Part shown: piece by piece, positions 56,647-64,000 of the stretch | Numbering within the stretch: the first letter of the stretch is position 1 | How the letters are laid out: each line of letters begins with the position of its first letter | Assembly (NCBI GenBank): GCA_025612375.1 | Contig: JAAXKN010000003.1 | Coordinates: forward strand, 114,371 to 178,370 | Direction: 5' to 3' | DNA: 64,000 nucleotides | Source: Ignavibacteria bacterium | Lineage (GTDB): Bacteria > Bacteroidota > Ignavibacteria > Ignavibacteriales > SURF-24 | The notes under the pieces: generated by a model | What the model saw: only the letters and a program-made list of their open reading frames with translations | The model's database searches: none | What the model was told of the DNA's origin: nothing | Position numbers and translations under genes: made by a program

Positions 56647-57130
56647 TACTTTTACTTCCGAATTTGTTTCTTAACTCTTTTATGGCTTCTATCAATTCCA
56701 TTCTGTTCTCATAATCATATGGGATAATAATTATTGGGAGCCTTCTGTTTCTTACTTTAATTCTAATGATTCTGAAAGACCTGACCCTGGAACGCCTTCT
56801 TTCCTTTCTCTGCCTGATGCTCACTATGTCGGAATACTTTACTACTCTTGTCCTGCTTCCCTTCTTTATGACGAGTTCATCGGCCCTGAATTCAATGTGC
56901 TTGTTCAGGTACAGGTTATAAAGCAGGCTTATGAGCGCAATGAGTACAATCAGTATGAAAAAGTATATTACCGGGTCTTTGAGGATCATCTTAAATGAGT
57001 CCTCAAGGAACATCCCCTTTATGAATACATAAAGCAGGAAAGCAATAAAATAAATAATTGTTGACTGATAGTAAAATGAAAGATTGTATTTAAAGATCTT
57101 TCTTTTCCCAGCAGTTGTTGCAGTTGTCAT
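56639..57130 (-). CDS. Small two-TM membrane protein with extremely basic C-terminal domain, function unknown
   Basis: The 163-aa ORF overlaps the murG stop (4 nt) and the murC start (8 nt). It has two hydrophobic helices (IIYFIAFLLYVFI; VIYFFILIVLIALISLLYNLY). The cytoplasmic domain contains RQRKERRRSRVRSFRIIRIKVRNRR. Confidence 0.7.
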   Translation of the reverse strand: MTTATTAGKRKIFKYNLSFYYQSTIIYFIAFLLYVFIKGMFLEDSFKMILKDPVIYFFILIVLIALISLLYNLYLNKHIEFRADELVIKKGSRTRVVKYSDIVSIRQRKERRRSRVRSFRIIRIKVRNRRLPIIIIPYDYENRMELIEAIKELRNKFGSKSNV

Positions 57131-58230
57131 AAAGACTCCGCCAGCTTAATTGCATTTTGAGCCACTATTAGAGCAGCATCAGGTTTAGCAAACATTTTTA
57201 TATTAGCTGAAAGTTGTCCGAGCCTCAAATCATCAAAAATCACGTCCAGCACTTTTCCAGCAAGCTCTTCAGAGGCCTTATTGTCGGCCTGCAGGATTGC
57301 AGCATCCCTGTCCGAAAGGCTCTTTGCATTCAGGTACTGATGGTTTGCCGCCACGTTCGGCGACGGGACAAATATTGTCGGTATACCAAGCATCGTAATC
57401 TCTGCAATTGTCGTTGCGCCGGCTCTTGAAATCAGAAGGTCGCAGGCTGAAAACGCGGCACCCATATCCTCAATAAAAGGGTTGATCCAGACCGTTGGGG
57501 GCTGAAGATGCTTATAGGTTTCATAATAATTCTTACCAGTCTGCCAGATTACCTGTATACCCTTCTCCGCGAGCTGAGGAATTGCCTTTGCAACCGCCTC
57601 ATTAACCGACCTTGCCCCCAGGCTGCCGCCAAGAACGAGCAGCGTTTTCTTCCCTTCAAGGAGGTTGAACTTCCCGAGGGCCAGGGACTTTTCTTCAAGC
57701 CTCAGGCTTGAGCGAACAGGGTTACCCGTGACATAAAGTTTTGATGGATCCTTTAAGTATTTTTTGGAATCCTCAAAGCTTAAGTGTATTTCAGTGGCCT
57801 TCTTCTCCAGGAGCCTTGTAGTTATGCCAGGGTAGCTGTTCTGTTCGAGCAGAATTACCTTTGCACCCATTACACTGGCTCCCCAGACTGCGGGGCCAGA
57901 AACGTAACCACCGGAGCCAATGGCAACCCGGGGCTTAAAACCTACATTTATCCAGAGCGACTGCAGCATTGAGACCACAAACTTCAGCGGGAAAAGGACA
58001 TTCTGGAGGTCAAACCTGCGGGCAAAGCCCTTGATCCAGATCGTCTTAAAGTTGTAGCCCAGTTTTGGCACAACCACAGCTTCAATTTTGGCCTTAGTTC
58101 CAACAAAAAGGAACTCTGCCTCGGGCTTAAGCATTTTAATCTTTTCAGCAACAGCAATAGCCGGGAAAAGATGTCCGCCCGTACCTCCACCGGCAAATAA
58201 AAACCTGTATTTTGTTTCTGTTTTTTTCAT
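57127..58230 (-). CDS. murG: Lipid II synthase MurG (undecaprenyl-PP-MurNAc-pentapeptide GlcNAc transferase)
   Basis: FAGGGTGGHLFPAIAVAE...LVLGGSLGARSVN...ISRAGATTIAE. Confidence 0.95.
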   Translation of the reverse strand: MKKTETKYRFLFAGGGTGGHLFPAIAVAEKIKMLKPEAEFLFVGTKAKIEAVVVPKLGYNFKTIWIKGFARRFDLQNVLFPLKFVVSMLQSLWINVGFKPRVAIGSGGYVSGPAVWGASVMGAKVILLEQNSYPGITTRLLEKKATEIHLSFEDSKKYLKDPSKLYVTGNPVRSSLRLEEKSLALGKFNLLEGKKTLLVLGGSLGARSVNEAVAKAIPQLAEKGIQVIWQTGKNYYETYKHLQPPTVWINPFIEDMGAAFSACDLLISRAGATTIAEITMLGIPTIFVPSPNVAANHQYLNAKSLSDRDAAILQADNKASEELAGKVLDVIFDDLRLGQLSANIKMFAKPDAALIVAQNAIKLAESL

Positions 58231-59348
58231 TTACTTACTGCTGCTTTAGCTGTTTTTGCTTTGTGTGACCTTACTGCTATGTTAACTATAACGCCTGCAG
58301 CCCCGCACATGAATATGATTGAAGTTCCGCCATAGCTTATAAAAGGAAGCGGAATTCCCGTTGTGGGGAAAATTCCTGTTACCACTGCAGCATTAATAAA
58401 AGCACTAATTATAATTGTAAAACTTATTCCAAAAGCCAGGAGCTGACCGAACTTGTCCTTTGCATTCTTGGCTATTATGATGCCGGCAAAGAAAATAACC
58501 AGGTAAACCAGAAGTATAAATACAACTCCTATAAAGCCTAACTCCTCGCCAAGGATCGAGAAAATAAAATCTCCGTATGCCTCGGGCAAAAACAGGTCGC
58601 TTTGGCGGCTTTGCCCCAAGCCCAGGCCCAAAAGGCCGCCGCTGCCGAGGGCAATTTTACCCTGTGCCACCTGAATGTTAATTTCACTTCCGCTTCCCAT
58701 ACTGCTTACAAAGGTCAGTATTCTCTGCCTGGAGTGATGAAACATCATCATAAAGCATCCGGCAGCAATTCCGGCAAGGCCAACAGTCGATATAATGTGT
58801 GAAATCTTTGCCCCGCCTACAAAAAGAAGCGTAAAGGCAATTGTTGCCACAACAAGGCTCGTACTGACGTTAGGCTGGACGAATATGAGTCCTGCTATTA
58901 TTATGATCCAAACGAGAGGATACTTAAAGCCGTTCTTGTAATCCTTTAGTTCATCACCCTTAGCCTCGATCAGGTAAGCCAGGTGGACAATGAGCATAAA
59001 CTTGGCTATTTCAGAAGGCTGAAAGGAAAACAGCCCCAGGTTAATCCATCTGCCTGCTCCCTTGACGTTCGGGGCGATAAAAAGTGTCAGCAGAAGCAGA
59101 CCCGCAGCCCCAATAATAATTTTCTTGCTGTACTCCTTATAAAGCTCATAAGGAATAACCGAGAAGGCAACAAGAGCGAAAATTGCAATAACCACCCTGA
59201 TAATATGAGCAGAAAACAGCCTGTAAAGGTTGTCATGGAACCTTAATGCACTGTAAGCGCTGCTGGCACTCAAGACCAGGGCTGAACCTACAATGATTAA
59301 GGCCAGTATCGAGATATAGAATATTCTGCTTAAATATTTCAGATTCAT
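58227..59348 (-). CDS. ftsW: SEDS family peptidoglycan glycosyltransferase FtsW
   Basis: A polytopic FtsW/RodA/SpoVE pattern (...RWINLGLFSFQPSEIAKF...LPEAYGDFIFSILGEELGFIG...PLPFISYGGTS) at the dcw position between murD and murG. Confidence 0.9.
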   Translation of the reverse strand: MNLKYLSRIFYISILALIIVGSALVLSASSAYSALRFHDNLYRLFSAHIIRVVIAIFALVAFSVIPYELYKEYSKKIIIGAAGLLLLTLFIAPNVKGAGRWINLGLFSFQPSEIAKFMLIVHLAYLIEAKGDELKDYKNGFKYPLVWIIIIAGLIFVQPNVSTSLVVATIAFTLLFVGGAKISHIISTVGLAGIAAGCFMMMFHHSRQRILTFVSSMGSGSEINIQVAQGKIALGSGGLLGLGLGQSRQSDLFLPEAYGDFIFSILGEELGFIGVVFILLVYLVIFFAGIIIAKNAKDKFGQLLAFGISFTIIISAFINAAVVTGIFPTTGIPLPFISYGGTSIIFMCGAAGVIVNIAVRSHKAKTAKAAVSK

Positions 59349-60694
59349 AGTTTATTTACTGCTTCTTTAAATACCCGGCCTCTGTGTTCATAATCATTAA
59401 ACATATCAAAGCTTGCGCAGGCAGGCGAAAGGAGCACCACGTCGTTTTCCCTGGCCTCACTGCTTGCCGTTGAGACGCACTCTTCTAAAGACTTCTTGAC
59501 TTCCACTTTCACAAGGCTGTGGAAGAAATTAAACACCTTATCGGCCGATGAGCCGATGGCGTAGATCTTTTTAACTTTTTTTACCACGAGGTCTTTTATC
59601 TGGTTATAGTCATTTCCCTTATCCTTTCCGCCCAGGATAAGGAAAATCGGCTCTTCAAAGCTTCTTAAAGCATACCAGACCGAGTCCACGTTGGTAGCCT
59701 TGGAATCGTTTATATATTTCACGCCGTCCAGCTCGCGGACAAATTCCAGGCGGTGTTCAACGCCCGGGAAATTTCCGAGTGCGGACTTTATTTTATCGTT
59801 ATCGAGGTTAAATATCTTTGCAATAATAATCACAGCCATCGCATTGGCGTAATTATGTTCTCCGACCAGGCTGAATTCCTCAACCTTGCAGCTGAACTCA
59901 ACGTTTCCATTGCGCCTGAAGACCATTTTGCTGTCCTCAAGCGTGGCACCGTTGGATATTTCTTTCTTCAGGGAGAAATAGAACCTGTTGACCTTAGTGT
60001 TGCTGATGTCTTCAGGCGTCCTTTCATCATCTGCATTCAATATAAGGAAGTCACCATCGTCCTGATTCTTAAATACGTTCAATTTCGAATTTATATAGTT
60101 CTGGAGGTTATGGTCATAACGGTCCAGATGGTCCGGCGTAATATTCAGTATAGTTGAAACATAAGGCTTAAAAGTGTCTACGTGATCCAGCTGAAAGCTT
60201 GAGGTTTCGAGAGCCACGCATTCATCTTCCTTAACGTTCAGGACCACCTCAGAAAATGCAATACCAATATTACCTGCCAAATGTGTCTTAAGTCCGCATT
60301 CATTCAGGACGTGTGCGCAAAGGCTTGTTGTAGTGGTTTTGCCGTTTGTTCCTGTAATTGAAATTATCTTTCCCTTGCAGAAATTGGAGGCAAATTCAAC
60401 TTCGCTGATTACTTTAATCCCCTTTTGCCTTGCCGCCTGGAGGATCTCGGAATTTGAAGGCACACCGGGAGAAGTAATCATAAATTCGCAGTCAAATACC
60501 CTTTCGGTATGCCCGCCGAATTCATAAGGAATATTTTCGCTGTCAAGGATCTCGAGATTCTTCTGGATTTTCTCCTTTGGAGCAGAGTCGCTTACAAATG
60601 CAAGGCCGCCAAGAGTCTTAATGAGCCTGGCAGCACCAAGTCCGCTTCTTACAGCGCCTATAATGCTTATTTTCTTTCCCGTTACGTTAATCAT
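59345..60694 (-). CDS. murD: UDP-N-acetylmuramoylalanine--D-glutamate ligase
   Basis: KKISIIGAVRSGLGAARL...ITGTNGKTTTTSL...NDSKATN. The ATG at 60694 forms an ATGA overlap with the mraY stop. The 28 extra codons in the track ORF overlap the mraY coding sequence. Confidence 0.93.
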   Translation of the reverse strand: MINVTGKKISIIGAVRSGLGAARLIKTLGGLAFVSDSAPKEKIQKNLEILDSENIPYEFGGHTERVFDCEFMITSPGVPSNSEILQAARQKGIKVISEVEFASNFCKGKIISITGTNGKTTTTSLCAHVLNECGLKTHLAGNIGIAFSEVVLNVKEDECVALETSSFQLDHVDTFKPYVSTILNITPDHLDRYDHNLQNYINSKLNVFKNQDDGDFLILNADDERTPEDISNTKVNRFYFSLKKEISNGATLEDSKMVFRRNGNVEFSCKVEEFSLVGEHNYANAMAVIIIAKIFNLDNDKIKSALGNFPGVEHRLEFVRELDGVKYINDSKATNVDSVWYALRSFEEPIFLILGGKDKGNDYNQIKDLVVKKVKKIYAIGSSADKVFNFFHSLVKVEVKKSLEECVSTASSEARENDVVLLSPACASFDMFNDYEHRGRVFKEAVNKL

Positions 60695-61800
60695 CTTATC
60701 TTGAAAGTTGTTAAACTGAAAATTGTTAAAATAATTGTCAGAATATAGAATCTTACCACAATTTTGGGTTCCGGCCATCCTTCCATCTCAAAATGGTGAT
60801 GGACGGGAGCCATCTTGAAAATTCTTCTTCCCTCGCCGTAGCGCTTCTTTGTATACTTGAAGTAGACTCTCTGAATAATAACTGAAACCGTTTCAAGAAA
60901 GAACACTCCGCCAAGAATAGGAATCAGGAGCTCTTTTTTTATCAGTATCATTATGATGCCGAAGGCGCCTCCTAAGGCAAGTGAGCCGGTATCGCCCATA
61001 AAGATCTGAGCCGGATAAAAGTTAAACCACAGAAACCCGAGTGAGGCGCCGAGCACTGCAGCTACAAAGACAATCAGTTCACCGGAGCCCGGCAGATAAA
61101 GTATGTTCAGGTAGTCTGCGTAAATTATATTTCCTGAAACGTAGCTTAAAATTGCAAGAGCAATCATTACGATCATTATGTTGCCTATAGCAAGGCCGTC
61201 AAGACCATCGGTGAGGTTGACGGCATTGGAAGTAGCAGCGATGATAAAAACTACAACAGGTATATAGAAATACGAAAAATCAAAGTTTGTGTCCTTAAAA
61301 AAGGGCAGGGTTGTTATAGAGTTAACATCCCTGAATTCGGGCAGGAAATACACTGCCACACCAACAACGAGTCCGATAAGCACCTGTCCCAGAAGCTTAT
61401 ATCTTGCAATAAGACCGTTCGGGAATTTTTTCATAACCTTCAGGTAGTCATCCAGGAATCCTACGCCGCTAAGCCATATGGTTCCGGCCATGACCAGGAT
61501 AATATACATGCTTTTTATATCGCTCCAAAGCAGCACGGGGACAATTATGGAAAATATAATAATAATTCCGCCCATTGTCGGCGTTCCGGCCTTTGACCAG
61601 TGGCTCTTCGGGCCGTCAATTTTTTTAGCCTCTCCGATCTGTTTTTTTCTCAGATAGTTAATGAGCTTCGGTCCCAGATATAGCGACAGAAACAGCGATG
61701 AGATGGCTGAAAGTGCAGCCCTGAAGGTTAAATACCTGAAAAGGTCAAATCCCGGGGGATTAAATACTTTATTAATATATTCCAGCAGATAATAAAACAT
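60691..61800 (-). CDS. mraY: Phospho-N-acetylmuramoyl-pentapeptide transferase
   Basis: ...KAGTPTMGGIIII...NAVNLTDGLDGLA...FMGDTGSLALGG...PVHHHFE.... Confidence 0.96.
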   Translation of the reverse strand: MFYYLLEYINKVFNPPGFDLFRYLTFRAALSAISSLFLSLYLGPKLINYLRKKQIGEAKKIDGPKSHWSKAGTPTMGGIIIIFSIIVPVLLWSDIKSMYIILVMAGTIWLSGVGFLDDYLKVMKKFPNGLIARYKLLGQVLIGLVVGVAVYFLPEFRDVNSITTLPFFKDTNFDFSYFYIPVVVFIIAATSNAVNLTDGLDGLAIGNIMIVMIALAILSYVSGNIIYADYLNILYLPGSGELIVFVAAVLGASLGFLWFNFYPAQIFMGDTGSLALGGAFGIIMILIKKELLIPILGGVFFLETVSVIIQRVYFKYTKKRYGEGRRIFKMAPVHHHFEMEGWPEPKIVVRFYILTIILTIFSLTTFKIR

Positions 61801-61805
61801 TTCTT

Positions 61806-63188
61806 TTACTTTCTTCCTTCCAAAATTTTTACAAACTCTTCCATCTTCATTCCGCGTGAACCTTTAACAAGAATTACCGCTTTCCCGAAATCATTATTTT
61901 CAAGGAATTTTCCGAGTGAACTTCTGTCCTTAAAGTGCTCTTTTACGATTTTTCCGTTTTTGAGTTCAGCCGAAAGGCTCATCATGAATTCACCGATCGT
62001 GTAAACTTCGTTGATTTTGTTTTTCCTGACGGCTTTGGCTAAATCCTTATGAGCCTGAAGTGCCCCGCTGCCAAGTTCAAACATATCTCCCAGGACAACA
62101 ACTTTTTTTCTGTCCTCAAAACCGTTAATAAATTCAAATGCCGATTTCATTGAAAGCGGATTTGCGTTATAAGTGTCGTCTACGATGATAAGTCCGTCAT
62201 GAGTTTTTACATTAAGGCGCTTGTCTACGGCCTTAAGCTTTTTGGCACCGCTTTTTATCTGTGCAGGCTTCAGCCCCATCTCAAGTGCTACGGCTGCGGC
62301 CGCAAGGAAATTCTTTGCATTGCTCAGGCCATGAACCGGAAGCCCGACTTCAAATTCCTTGCCCTTAAAGTTGATGCCGAGAGTAGTCTTGCCTTCTTTA
62401 TTGATCCCTTTTACGGTACCCTTGACCTGGGGATTTCCTTCAAAGCCGAATGTAACGGCGTTTTTATACTCTTTAAGCTTCTTCTTTAATATTTTGTCGT
62501 CAGTATTAAGGAACAATTTTGCATCGGTACCGCTTAAGGCCTTAAACAAAGAAAGCTTTTCCTCTGCCACGCCTTCTAAGTCGTGCAGAAATTCAAGATG
62601 TGACTCCCCGATATTAGTAATCAGTGCGTAGTCAGGCCTTGCAATCTGTGCCGTATAGGCTATTTCACCGAAGTGATTGGTCCCCAGTTCAAGCACCAGG
62701 ACGTCCTTATCCCCTTTTGCAGAAAGGATTGTAAGTGGAACGCCCAGATGGTTGTTGTTATTTGAAAGCGTTTTGGCAACGGTGGATTTTTCTTCCAGCA
62801 GCTGCGAGAGAATCTCCTTGGTTGTGGTTTTGCCGTTGCTGCCCGTAATTCCAACCACCTTAGCTTTCAGCTTATCGCGCCAGATCTTTCCCAGCTCGCC
62901 ATAAGCTATTGTTGTATCCTTAACGGTTACTAAAGTGACATCTATGTTATCAAAATTTTTCAGCTTGTTTTTATTGATAACGACTGCCGAGGCTCCTTTT
63001 TTTACAGCATCTTCAACAAATTTATGCCCGTCCATTTTCCCGCCCTTTATGGCAACAAATATGGAACCTTTCTTAATGGTTCTTGTATCTGTTGAGACAA
63101 GTGCAGAAGATGAAAATGAATCGGGGTTATAAATAACCGATCCCGTCAAATTAAACAGATCCTCTAATGTAATCTTTGGCTTACTCAT
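61806..63188 (-). CDS. murF: UDP-N-acetylmuramoyl-tripeptide--D-alanyl-D-alanine ligase
   Basis: VVGITGSNGKTTTKE...LELGTNHFGEI...DDTYNANP.... Confidence 0.93.
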   Translation of the reverse strand: MSKPKITLEDLFNLTGSVIYNPDSFSSSALVSTDTRTIKKGSIFVAIKGGKMDGHKFVEDAVKKGASAVVINKNKLKNFDNIDVTLVTVKDTTIAYGELGKIWRDKLKAKVVGITGSNGKTTTKEILSQLLEEKSTVAKTLSNNNNHLGVPLTILSAKGDKDVLVLELGTNHFGEIAYTAQIARPDYALITNIGESHLEFLHDLEGVAEEKLSLFKALSGTDAKLFLNTDDKILKKKLKEYKNAVTFGFEGNPQVKGTVKGINKEGKTTLGINFKGKEFEVGLPVHGLSNAKNFLAAAAVALEMGLKPAQIKSGAKKLKAVDKRLNVKTHDGLIIVDDTYNANPLSMKSAFEFINGFEDRKKVVVLGDMFELGSGALQAHKDLAKAVRKNKINEVYTIGEFMMSLSAELKNGKIVKEHFKDRSSLGKFLENNDFGKAVILVKGSRGMKMEEFVKILEGRK

Positions 63189-64000
63189 TTCTTAAATACT
63201 TCTCAGCAATTTCTATATCTGAAAAATGGCTTCTTACGCCTTTAATTTCCTGATAGGTTTCGTGCCCCTTGCCGGCAACAAGTATAACCGCATTTTCTTC
63301 GGATTCTTTTATTGCCGTTTTAATGGCCTCTTCCCTGTTTTCAATTATCTTATAATTATTTTTTTCGATCCCTTTGGTTATTTCAGAGATAATATCCATC
63401 GGGTCTTCATGTCTCGGGTTATCGGAGGTAACGATAGCCATATTACTCAGCTCACTGGCAATCCTTCCCATGACTGGGCGTTTTGTACGGTCGCGGTTAC
63501 CGCCGCATCCGAAAACGGTATAAACAGGGACCATTCCCTTAGTAATGTTATGGATTGCAAGGAGCGCTTTTTCCAGACTGTCAGCCGTGTGGCTGTAGTC
63601 AACAATTACTTTTTTATCCTTATAGCTTACAGTTTCAAATCTTCCGGCCACCTGCGGCGTGGTGTCGATTCCTTTTATGCTGATATCAGTACTGATTCCC
63701 ATAAGGGTTGAGACTGCAAAGGCAGCCGCAGCATTAAATGCGTTAAACTCGCCTACAAGGCGGGTTCTGATGTCAAAATCCTTATTGTTGTAACGGATCT
63801 TAAAGGAAGTGCCGTTAAGGTCGTAGCTTACGTCTTTAACCTGGAAGGCCGCGCCTTCTTTAGTGCCGTATGAATAAGCTTTTGCATTTGTTTCCGAGAT
63901 AATACTTTCTGAACTTGGGTCGTCAGTGTTATAAACAACAAAGGCATCCTCTGTAAGCTCATCGAAGAGTACCTTCTTAGCCTTCAGGTATTCTTCAAAT
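63181..64000 (-). CDS. murE: UDP-N-acetylmuramoyl-L-alanyl-D-glutamate--2,6-diaminopimelate (or L-lysine) ligase, C-terminal part (N-terminus beyond the right window edge)
   Basis: The track shows only 63181..63702, but my minus-strand translation stays open to 64000 (...FEEYLKAKKVLFDEL...LVGEFNAFNAAAAFAVSTLMGIS...VDYSHTADSLEKAL...FGCGGNRDRTKRP...TSDNPR). Confidence 0.9.
   Translation of the reverse strand, partial: FEEYLKAKKVLFDELTEDAFVVYNTDDPSSESIISETNAKAYSYGTKEGAAFQVKDVSYDLNGTSFKIRYNNKDFDIRTRLVGEFNAFNAAAAFAVSTLMGISTDISIKGIDTTPQVAGRFETVSYKDKKVIVDYSHTADSLEKALLAIHNITKGMVPVYTVFGCGGNRDRTKRPVMGRIASELSNMAIVTSDNPRHEDPMDIISEITKGIEKNNYKIIENREEAIKTAIKESEENAVILVAGKGHETYQEIKGVRSHFSDIEIAEKYLRNE

Noticed and set aside
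60695-60778. N-terminal extension of MurD containing an NNFQFNNFQ repeat
   Set aside because: The extension overlaps the 3' end of mraY in another frame. The conserved MurD N-terminus (MINVTGKKISIIGA...) starts at the ATG at 60694, which forms an ATGA overlap with the mraY stop.
1-64000. CRISPR arrays, tRNA/rRNA genes, tandem repeat arrays, intact IS elements or prophage genes
   Set aside because: I scanned all intergenic gaps over 80 bp. None contains regularly spaced direct repeats, T-loop/anticodon-arm patterns or integrase, capsid or terminase-like ORFs. The gaps are explained by terminators, promoters and one IS relic.

Overview
This is a 64-kb bacterial chromosomal segment with 49 protein-coding genes, 47 of them on the minus strand and tightly packed, with many 1-8 nt start/stop overlaps. 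SprA, a PorX-like regulator, a DUF1573 protein and a possibly DUF4783-like protein point to the FCB group (Bacteroidota/Ignavibacteriota-like). I cannot name the organism from sequence alone.

Layout:
- 1-614: accA 5' part.
- 0.6-20.2 kb: a roughly 20-kb Wzx/Wzy-type surface-polysaccharide locus. It holds an outer-membrane export protein, a chain-length determinant, a Wzy-like polymerase, a Wzx flippase, a methyltransferase-like protein, an acetyltransferase, a run of GT2 glycosyltransferases, a B12-type radical SAM enzyme, a polyprenyl-phosphate glycosylphosphotransferase (PGT), a DegT aminotransferase, a Dpm1-like synthase and a GT2 fused to a degenerate PGT. The centre is AT-rich and carries a decayed transposase remnant.
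- 20.4-25.6 kb: panC, accD, a tandem DUF1573 protein, tsaB, tsaE and a PorX-like response regulator.
- 25.8-32.8 kb: the 2329-aa type IX secretion (T9SS) translocon gene sprA.
- 33-39 kb: metabolism and transport (metallophosphoesterase, CoA-transferase, alanine dehydrogenase, 2-hydroxyacid dehydrogenase, SpmA/SpmB-like membrane protein).
- 39-48 kb: a PNPOx-like protein, an RDD protein, a 1181-aa UvrD-type helicase with a Cys-flanked PD-(D/E)XK nuclease, a 1286-aa multi-TM histidine kinase and a small secreted protein.
- 48.4-51.7 kb: an Fn3 lipoprotein, then the only plus-strand genes (a GT39/ArnT-like glycosyltransferase plus DedA).
- 51.9-64 kb: the division/cell-wall cluster murE-murF-mraY-murD-ftsW-murG-(163-aa unknown)-murC-ftsQ-ftsA-ftsZ.

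I found no rRNA, tRNA, CRISPR array, intact mobile element, prophage or recognisable defence or toxin-antitoxin system.

The most unusual items:
- the radical SAM enzyme wired into the glycan operon;
- the GT2 fused to a catalytically gutted PGT domain next to an intact paralogue;
- a very basic small membrane protein translationally coupled inside the dcw cluster;
- the sprA/porX adjacency, with sprA's signal peptide lying upstream of any canonical start codon;
- the single-chain helicase-nuclease and the giant orphan kinase that abuts it.

All functional calls come from reading motifs in the supplied translations. No database search was run.
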